Shown in pieces: positions 58,863 through 64,000 of a stretch of DNA of 64,000 nt. How positions within the stretch are numbered: the first letter of the stretch is position 1; each line of letters begins with the position of its first letter. The translations under genes and the position numbers were made by a program. The DNA comes from Shigella phage SH7. The notes beneath the pieces were generated by a model. That model searched no databases and was not told the origin of the DNA. It was given only the letters and a program-made list of their open reading frames with translations. The DNA is taken from sequence record KX828711, one strand, 5' to 3'.

Positions 58863-58876
58863 GGGGCTTCGGCCCC
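58863..58876 (+). promoter_or_regulatory. hairpin (ggggc-UUCG-gcccc) abutting gene 38 Shine-Dalgarno
   Basis: Hairpin followed directly by ttGGAGG and ATG 58889. Confidence 0.5.
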
Positions 58877-58888
58877 TTGGAGGTTTAT

Positions 58889-59683
58889 ATGGCAGTAACA
58901 GGACCGTGGGTAGGATCGTCTGCAGTAGTTAATACAGGACAAAATTGGATGGGCGGCGCGGCCCAACGATTAAGAATGGGTGCTCCATTTTGGATGAGTA
59001 ATATGATAGGTCGATCTGTTGAAATAATTCACACGCTTGGAGCAGACCATAACTTCAATGGTCAATGGTTCCGAGATAGATGTTTTGAGGCAGGTAGTGC
59101 ACCTATAGTGTTTAATATCACCGGAAATTTGGTATCATATTCCAGAGACGTTCCTTTATTCTTCATGTACGGAGATACACCTAATGAATATGTTCAATTA
59201 AATATTGGTGCTGGAGCTCATATGTGGGGTAGAGGTGGACAAGGTGGATGGACTCATTCTGGTGGAGATGGTAATGGTCAACAGGGTGGACATTGTATTC
59301 AAAATGACATTGGTGGTCGATTAAGAATTAATAACGGCGGAGTAATTTGTGGCGGTGGTGGCGGTGGTGGCGGTATCGCTTATCGTCCTCACTCTGGTGC
59401 AAACTGGCAGGATATTGGTGGCGGTGGAGGAAGACCATTTGGCCCAGGAGGTGGCGGTGGTTATTCAGGAGGTGCTGCTTCTTATGACGGCCCAGGAGGT
59501 GGTTATAATTATGGTAATGCTCATTCTGGCCAGGGCGGTGATGCTGGCGCAAATGGACAAAATGCCTGGCATGATGGCGGTAAAGTACTAAAAGTCGGTG
59601 CTGGCGGGGCCGCAGGTTATGCTGTCATAGGGTCTGCTCCAACATGGCAAAATGTTGGAATAATATATGGTCCAAGAGTATAA
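58889..59683 (+). CDS. 38: gp38 receptor-recognising adhesin, T2-type with glycine-rich motifs
   Basis: Start MAVTGPW; several poly-Gly blocks ([18 protein letters not shown]) separating variable segments. Confidence 0.85.
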   Translation: MAVTGPWVGSSAVVNTGQNWMGGAAQRLRMGAPFWMSNMIGRSVEIIHTLGADHNFNGQWFRDRCFEAGSAPIVFNITGNLVSYSRDVPLFFMYGDTPNEYVQLNIGAGAHMWGRGGQGGWTHSGGDGNGQQGGHCIQNDIGGRLRINNGGVICGGGGGGGGIAYRPHSGANWQDIGGGGGRPFGPGGGGGYSGGAASYDGPGGGYNYGNAHSGQGGDAGANGQNAWHDGGKVLKVGAGGAAGYAVIGSAPTWQNVGIIYGPRV

Positions 59684-59713
59684 TTTGAATAAATATCCTT
59701 AAAAGGAGGGTCT

Positions 59714-60370
59714 ATGGCAGCACCTAGAATATCATTTTCGCCCTCTGATATTCTGTTTGGTGTTCTAGATCGCTTGTTCAAAGATAACGCTACCGGGAAA
59801 GTTCTTGCTTCCAGGGTAGCTGTCGTAATTCTTTTGTTTATAATGGCGATTGTTTGGTATAGGGGAGATAGTTTCTTTGAGTACTATAAGCAATCAAAGT
59901 ATGAAACATACAGTGAAATTATTGAAAAGGAAAGAAATGCACGCTTTGAATCTGTCGCCCTGGAACAACTCCAGATAGTTCATATATCATCTGAGGCAGA
60001 CTTTAGTGCGGTGTATTCTTTCCGCCCTAAAAACTTAAACTATTTTGTTGATATTATAGCATATGAAGGAAAATTACCTTCAACAATAAGTGAAAAATCA
60101 CTTGGAGGATATCCTGTTGATAAAACTATGGATGAATATGCAGTTCATTTAAATGGACGTCATTATTATTCCAACTCAAAATTTGCTTTTTTACCAACTA
60201 AAAAGCCTACTCCCGAAATAAATTACATGTACAGTTGTCCATATTTTAATTTGGATAATATCTATGCTGGAACAATAACTATGTACTGGTATAGAAATGA
60301 TCATATAAGTAATGACCGCCTTGAATCAATATGTGCTCAGGCGGCCAGAATATTAGGAAGGGCTAAATAA
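59714..60370 (+). CDS. t: holin T
   Basis: 218 aa; single N-terminal TM segment VAVVILLFIMAIVWY; large periplasmic domain. Confidence 0.93.
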   Translation: MAAPRISFSPSDILFGVLDRLFKDNATGKVLASRVAVVILLFIMAIVWYRGDSFFEYYKQSKYETYSEIIEKERNARFESVALEQLQIVHISSEADFSAVYSFRPKNLNYFVDIIAYEGKLPSTISEKSLGGYPVDKTMDEYAVHLNGRHYYSNSKFAFLPTKKPTPEINYMYSCPYFNLDNIYAGTITMYWYRNDHISNDRLESICAQAARILGRAK

Positions 60371-60643
60371 TTATTTGTTTGTATACATCTCTAGATATCG
60401 ATATACACCCTCAAAACCCTCGTTGAATTCGTCGATGAGGGTTTTCTTATCTTCTTGAGTTAATTCAGAAACAATTTTACGGAATGAATTCTGATTTAAT
60501 TTTCTACCTTCATGCGTTACTCCAATCTCATTCAGAAATGCAATAAAATTAGCACGATTTTCAACAATATCTTCTCTGGAAAATTTAATTAAAATAGACG
60601 CAACAGTAATAATTTCACGAACTGTATCAATATTTTTATTCAT
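60371..60643 (-). CDS. asiA: AsiA anti-sigma70 factor
   Basis: 90 aa; MNKNIDTVREIITVASILIKFSREDIV. Confidence 0.95.
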   Translation of the reverse strand: MNKNIDTVREIITVASILIKFSREDIVENRANFIAFLNEIGVTHEGRKLNQNSFRKIVSELTQEDKKTLIDEFNEGFEGVYRYLEMYTNK

Positions 60644-60655
60644 TAACTATACCAC

Positions 60656-60808
60656 TCAATTAGTTGACTTTGTTATAATATCATCAGACGCTTGATTTGT
60701 AAACTGGTCTGTGTTATTTTCTTCAAAAATTTTTTCTACGAATTCCTTGAACGACTCGCGTTCCTGAGCTACATTATGCTCGATTACTTTTTCAAGATTA
60801 TGACTCAT
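60656..60808 (-). CDS. small acidic protein, 50 aa (below track threshold; asiA.1 position)
   Basis: ATGA overlap with arn stop; MSHNLEKVIEHNVAQERE... Confidence 0.45.
   Translation of the reverse strand: MSHNLEKVIEHNVAQERESFKEFVEKIFEENNTDQFTNQASDDIITKSTN
60675..60704 (-). promoter_or_regulatory. early promoter for asiA (GTTTAC -35, TATTAT -10)
   Basis: Minus strand GTTTAC, 18 nt spacer, TATTAT; about 30 nt upstream of asiA ATG. Confidence 0.5.
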
Positions 60809-61083
60809 TCGAAATAATCTTCAATTTCATAATCATGGACATAAATCATTATAGTTTTTAATACATCATCAATACTTTTTCCTGGAGCTGGAATTACGTA
60901 AAAATATCCTGCTTTTGAGAGGTCTTTATAAGTTCCAATCAAGAAATCATTATTCTCAAGATGCAGTTCTTCAACTAATTCATTAACAATTGAGTGGTAT
61001 AAATTTGGTAAAAACTTATATAGCTTTTCTAGAATATCAATTTTGATTGTGTATTGAACCACAGACTGAGAATCAATAATCAT
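60805..61083 (-). CDS. arn: Arn anti-restriction (McrBC inhibitor) protein
   Basis: 92 aa acidic protein; position after asiA. Confidence 0.75.
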   Translation of the reverse strand: MIIDSQSVVQYTIKIDILEKLYKFLPNLYHSIVNELVEELHLENNDFLIGTYKDLSKAGYFYVIPAPGKSIDDVLKTIMIYVHDYEIEDYFE

Positions 61084-61166
61084 AGACCTTCCCCTTATGT
61101 TTCTGTTTGCGATTAGATTCTTTAAACGCTTTCTTCTTATCCTTATGGACAGAAGCTTTATTAAAA

Positions 61167-61385
61167 TTATGTTTTGCGACTAAATTGTTCATAGTGCTGA
61201 ATTACCTCTCTCAAACATTTGCATGTGAATGAAAACTTTTTAGCTACACCACATTCAAATATATGTTCTCTTAAATCACGTGTGTCAGTATATCCCATCT
61301 CAACAATAAAATGTCGTATTAAATTTTTATCTTTATCATTGAGAGAATTAAAATAATCGGATTTTGAATTAATTTCCCTGGCCAA
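61167..61385 (-). CDS. hypothetical protein
   Basis: 72 aa ORF. Confidence 0.5.
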   Translation of the reverse strand: MAREINSKSDYFNSLNDKDKNLIRHFIVEMGYTDTRDLREHIFECGVAKKFSFTCKCLREVIQHYEQFSRKT

Positions 61386-61665
61386 ATTGAATCACCTTCA
61401 GTTGACGTTTTAGCTCTTTTATCATTTCTTCGTTCATCGCAATATAAAGATCGCGTAAAGCAGGTTTTAGCATTCCATTTATTGGGGAACTAAATGGACA
61501 TACATAATCTTTTCCTACGAGCTTTTTAGTGAATTCAATATTACAGAACTGAAATGCCGGCTCATTGGTATAAATTCCCCAATTAGTTGACATCATTTTA
61601 TTGGCATATTCCAGTGCCTGGATTTGATTCATAATTCCATCAATTTGAAACTGTTTAATATTCAT
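61369..61665 (-). CDS. hypothetical protein
   Basis: 98 aa ORF. Confidence 0.5.
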   Translation of the reverse strand: MNIKQFQIDGIMNQIQALEYANKMMSTNWGIYTNEPAFQFCNIEFTKKLVGKDYVCPFSSPINGMLKPALRDLYIAMNEEMIKELKRQLKVIQFGQGN

Positions 61666-62126
61666 TAGTAAAGGTCCTCAGAGTAAAGTTCTTTTTCACT
61701 ACCACCACGTTCAATACGTACTTGTCCAGCGTAAGTTGCAATAATCATTGCTTCTTCACGTGTCCAATAATTACTGTATTGGTCAATAAACCCTTGGTCA
61801 TCATCACAAACTTGTTGAGTAACTAATTGAGGTTTAACTACATCTAAAACTTCTGCCATATCTTTAGAATAATGACGAGCACCTGGAATAATAAGAGTTC
61901 GTCCATCTTTTAATTTAAAACGGTTGGCTGCGCAAACAATTCGTCGTTGATACTTTTGATTTTCGTCCCAATATGCAGACTGCCAACAGATTTCAGGAAC
62001 TTCTTTCAGAATATCTTCTTCTGTGCATTTATAACCATGTGCTTTAAATTTTTCAACAAGACTTTCTGGAGTTTCACGAGATAAAGGCACATTCAGCATT
62101 TTTAAACGATTAATAAATGGGTTCAT
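61665..62126 (-). CDS. hypothetical protein
   Basis: 153 aa ORF. Confidence 0.5.
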   Translation of the reverse strand: MNPFINRLKMLNVPLSRETPESLVEKFKAHGYKCTEEDILKEVPEICWQSAYWDENQKYQRRIVCAANRFKLKDGRTLIIPGARHYSKDMAEVLDVVKPQLVTQQVCDDDQGFIDQYSNYWTREEAMIIATYAGQVRIERGGSEKELYSEDLY

Positions 62127-62452
62127 TTAAACCATCCTTTAATACGCTGCCACAAAGTTTTCTGTTGAGCTTTGTTAACACCAATTGAGCGAATAACTGG
62201 TTGAGATTCCTGGAATTCTTTATAATCAGCAAGGTAAATTTCGTAAGCTGCATCCGTAAATGAACTTATCGCCGCCATAAAATTATTGCGAATACCTACT
62301 GGAGCATCTTTACTTTCACGAATAATCATGTATTTACCAGTCTTAATCTTTACGATAGTTCCAAGATAAGCTCCATGATACCAGATGTCCCACCCCTCTT
62401 GAGTGGGTTCTGCACAACGACGAAGTTCATTGACAATTTCTAACTTGTTCAT
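62123..62452 (-). CDS. hypothetical protein
   Basis: 109 aa ORF. Confidence 0.5.
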   Translation of the reverse strand: MNKLEIVNELRRCAEPTQEGWDIWYHGAYLGTIVKIKTGKYMIIRESKDAPVGIRNNFMAAISSFTDAAYEIYLADYKEFQESQPVIRSIGVNKAQQKTLWQRIKGWFK

Positions 62453-62462
62453 TATTTATTCC

Positions 62463-63098
62463 TCACAGTTCAGATGCTACAGTGATTACAGCTTCAATGT
62501 TTTCTGCCGAGCGTTTAATGTCAAGATACACATTACCGTTTTTAGCGATTTTACATGACATTCCGATATCAGTAAATTTCTGAATATGATGTTCCATCAT
62601 TTTGTATCCAAAAATTCGCATATTTCCATTGTTGTTAATTTCAAAATTACGAATTCCGTGAGTGCGTTTTTCTAAAATAGCGAGATAATTACTACGATAA
62701 GTTTCAACCTTTTTAAGAACAAATCCATTTTCATCTAAAAGTTTTAACATGAGGTCTTTATCTTCTTCCATATCGGAAGTAATCTCGCGAGCTTTACGAG
62801 TTGCTCGTTTTTTCAGCAGTTCCGGAGCATTTTCCTGTGCATATAAAGTTGCTGCATTTGAAATAATATCCTGAGCTTCACCAGTAATGATTAATCCATC
62901 ACCAGATTTCTCCACCAGGCCTTTTTTAATCAATACCCCAATATTACTATTAACTACTGCGTTACCTAAATCTGGATGCACCTCACGAACTTCTGCAGCT
63001 GTAATGAAATCTTTCTTAGCAATGGTAATTAAAATCGTAGCAGTTTTTTCATTCAGAACATCGTTAGAAGCTTTGATGATGTAAGTTACTTTAGACAT
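62463..63098 (-). CDS. motA: MotA middle-transcription activator
   Basis: 211 aa (T4 MotA length); N-terminus MSKVTYIIKASNDVLNEKTATILITIAKK. Confidence 0.95.
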   Translation of the reverse strand: MSKVTYIIKASNDVLNEKTATILITIAKKDFITAAEVREVHPDLGNAVVNSNIGVLIKKGLVEKSGDGLIITGEAQDIISNAATLYAQENAPELLKKRATRKAREITSDMEEDKDLMLKLLDENGFVLKKVETYRSNYLAILEKRTHGIRNFEINNNGNMRIFGYKMMEHHIQKFTDIGMSCKIAKNGNVYLDIKRSAENIEAVITVASEL

Positions 63099-63130
63099 TT
63101 TCTAATCTCCGTAATTCTGTATCAGTAGTT

Positions 63131-63219
63131 GATAGTTGTATAGTACCACAGTATGCTTTGGTTGTAAACCGTTTTGTGAAAAAATTTTTGAAATAAAAAG
63201 GGAGAGCCAAGGCTCTCCC
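63131..63219 (-). promoter_or_regulatory. terminator hairpin plus early promoter cassette upstream of motA (copy 2)
   Basis: gggagagcc-aa-ggctctccc hairpin 63200-63219; GTTTAC, 17 nt spacer, TACTAT. Confidence 0.55.
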
Positions 63220-63224
63220 TAAAA

Positions 63225-63374
63225 TTACTGCATGACTGTGATAACTGTCATGATAACACGTTGAATTCCGAATGCAAGAAGACCTCCTGCTACGGCTGGA
63301 ACAACACCTAAACCCGCCAGTAAAATGCTACCAGATACTAATGCAGTGCTTGTAATACCTATGAATGGACTCAT
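63225..63374 (-). CDS. small hydrophobic membrane protein, 49 aa (below track threshold)
   Basis: ATGA overlap with gene 52 stop; MSPFIGITSTALVSGSILLAGLGVVPAVAGGLLAFGIQRVIMTVITVMQ. Confidence 0.45.
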   Translation of the reverse strand: MSPFIGITSTALVSGSILLAGLGVVPAVAGGLLAFGIQRVIMTVITVMQ

Positions 63375-64000
63375 TTGATTTCCTCTAAATCTTTAGTGTA
63401 TTCAGTAACTACATCAGTAGTTTTCCAATATTCGTTTTCTTCTTTTTTAGCTTTAGCTTCTTCAGCAAGTTTCTTCGCTTCATCGGAAGTCATATGAAAA
63501 ATATTCATTCCAACTAGTTTATCAACATAAGAAGAATACATATCGATTTTCGAAAGTTCTTCGGTCAGTTCTTTACGAGTTTTACCCTGTACAACAATTT
63601 CACCTGAAATTACTTTCTTAATGAAATGTGCCTTGGCAAAGGCTAAACGAAATGCTGATTCAGTTTCTTTAATTTTGTTATCAATTCGTTTTTGGACATA
63701 AGTTTTACGAACTTCAACGAAGTCTTCAATTAAATCGACTACGTTATCGTAAACTTGTAGTTTTCCTTTCTCATTAATAACCGTAATATTCTGAGAACGA
63801 CGCTCAATCAACCCGAAGTCTTTCATAATTTTTGCATGGCGTTCTTCTTCGTTATCGCTCAAAGAATATTCTTTACGGAATTTAACTTTAAAGCCAAAAC
63901 CATGCTCACCACAAGCATCATCCCATGTAATGAAGCCTTTATCTTCAAGCGGGTCTAAGATTTTACTCACATAAGTTTCACGATCATACTTATACGGAAT
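63371..64000 (-). CDS. 52: DNA topoisomerase II medium subunit gp52, 3' partial (gene continues beyond window end)
   Basis: Frame open to position 64000; assigned by position after motA. Confidence 0.7.
   Translation of the reverse strand: MPYKYDRETYVSKILDPLEDKGFITWDDACGEHGFGFKVKFRKEYSLSDNEEERHAKIMKDFGLIERRSQNITVINEKGKLQVYDNVVDLIEDFVEVRKTYVQKRIDNKIKETESAFRLAFAKAHFIKKVISGEIVVQGKTRKELTEELSKIDMYSSYVDKLVGMNIFHMTSDEAKKLAEEAKAKKEENEYWKTTDVVTEYTKDLEEIK

Noticed and set aside
59328-59591. His/Arg-rich minus-strand ORF and Val/Ala-rich plus-strand ORF inside gene 38
   Set aside because: Alternative-frame readings of the GGT/GGC glycine-codon repeats of gp38; no independent start signals.
59684-59713. 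Late promoter for holin t (aataaatat)
   Set aside because: Sequence is one mismatch from TATAAATA; not reported as a feature without an exact motif.

Overview
This window is a contiguous segment of a T-even (T4-like, Tevenvirinae) lytic coliphage genome, recognised from gene order and protein sequences read off the ORF track. It runs from the end of gene 19 through the head genes (20, 67, 68, 21, 22, 23, 24), rnlB, hoc, inh, uvsW, uvsY, the baseplate genes (25, 26, 51, 27, 28, 29, 48, 54), two tandem Alt ADP-ribosyltransferase paralogs, DNA ligase (30), rIII, 31, cd, pseT, a spanin pair, alc, rnlA, denA, nrdB, an HNH endonuclease, nrdA, td, frd, 32, 59, 33, dsbA, rnh, tail fibre genes 34-38, holin t, asiA, arn, motA and the 3' part of gene 52. 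It is not T4 itself: td and nrdB are intronless, no seg-type endonuclease genes are present, gp38 is the glycine-rich T2-type adhesin, and a second full-length Alt paralog is present. I found no tRNA, rRNA, CRISPR array, integrase or transposon. No single clearly novel system stands out. The most unusual observations are: (1) a roughly 200 bp insert between frd and td carrying an ORF split by a frameshift at an A8 tract and translationally coupled to both neighbours; (2) an ORF in the cd-pseT accessory cluster interrupted by one in-frame TGA; (3) an HAD-like hydrolase next to a NADAR-like protein downstream of ligase; (4) the tandem Alt paralogs; (5) a 246 bp ORF-free, visually GC-richer segment near rIII; and (6) repeated promoter/terminator cassettes. 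All coordinates and motifs were read by eye; product names rest on my recognition of T4-family proteins and no database search was run.
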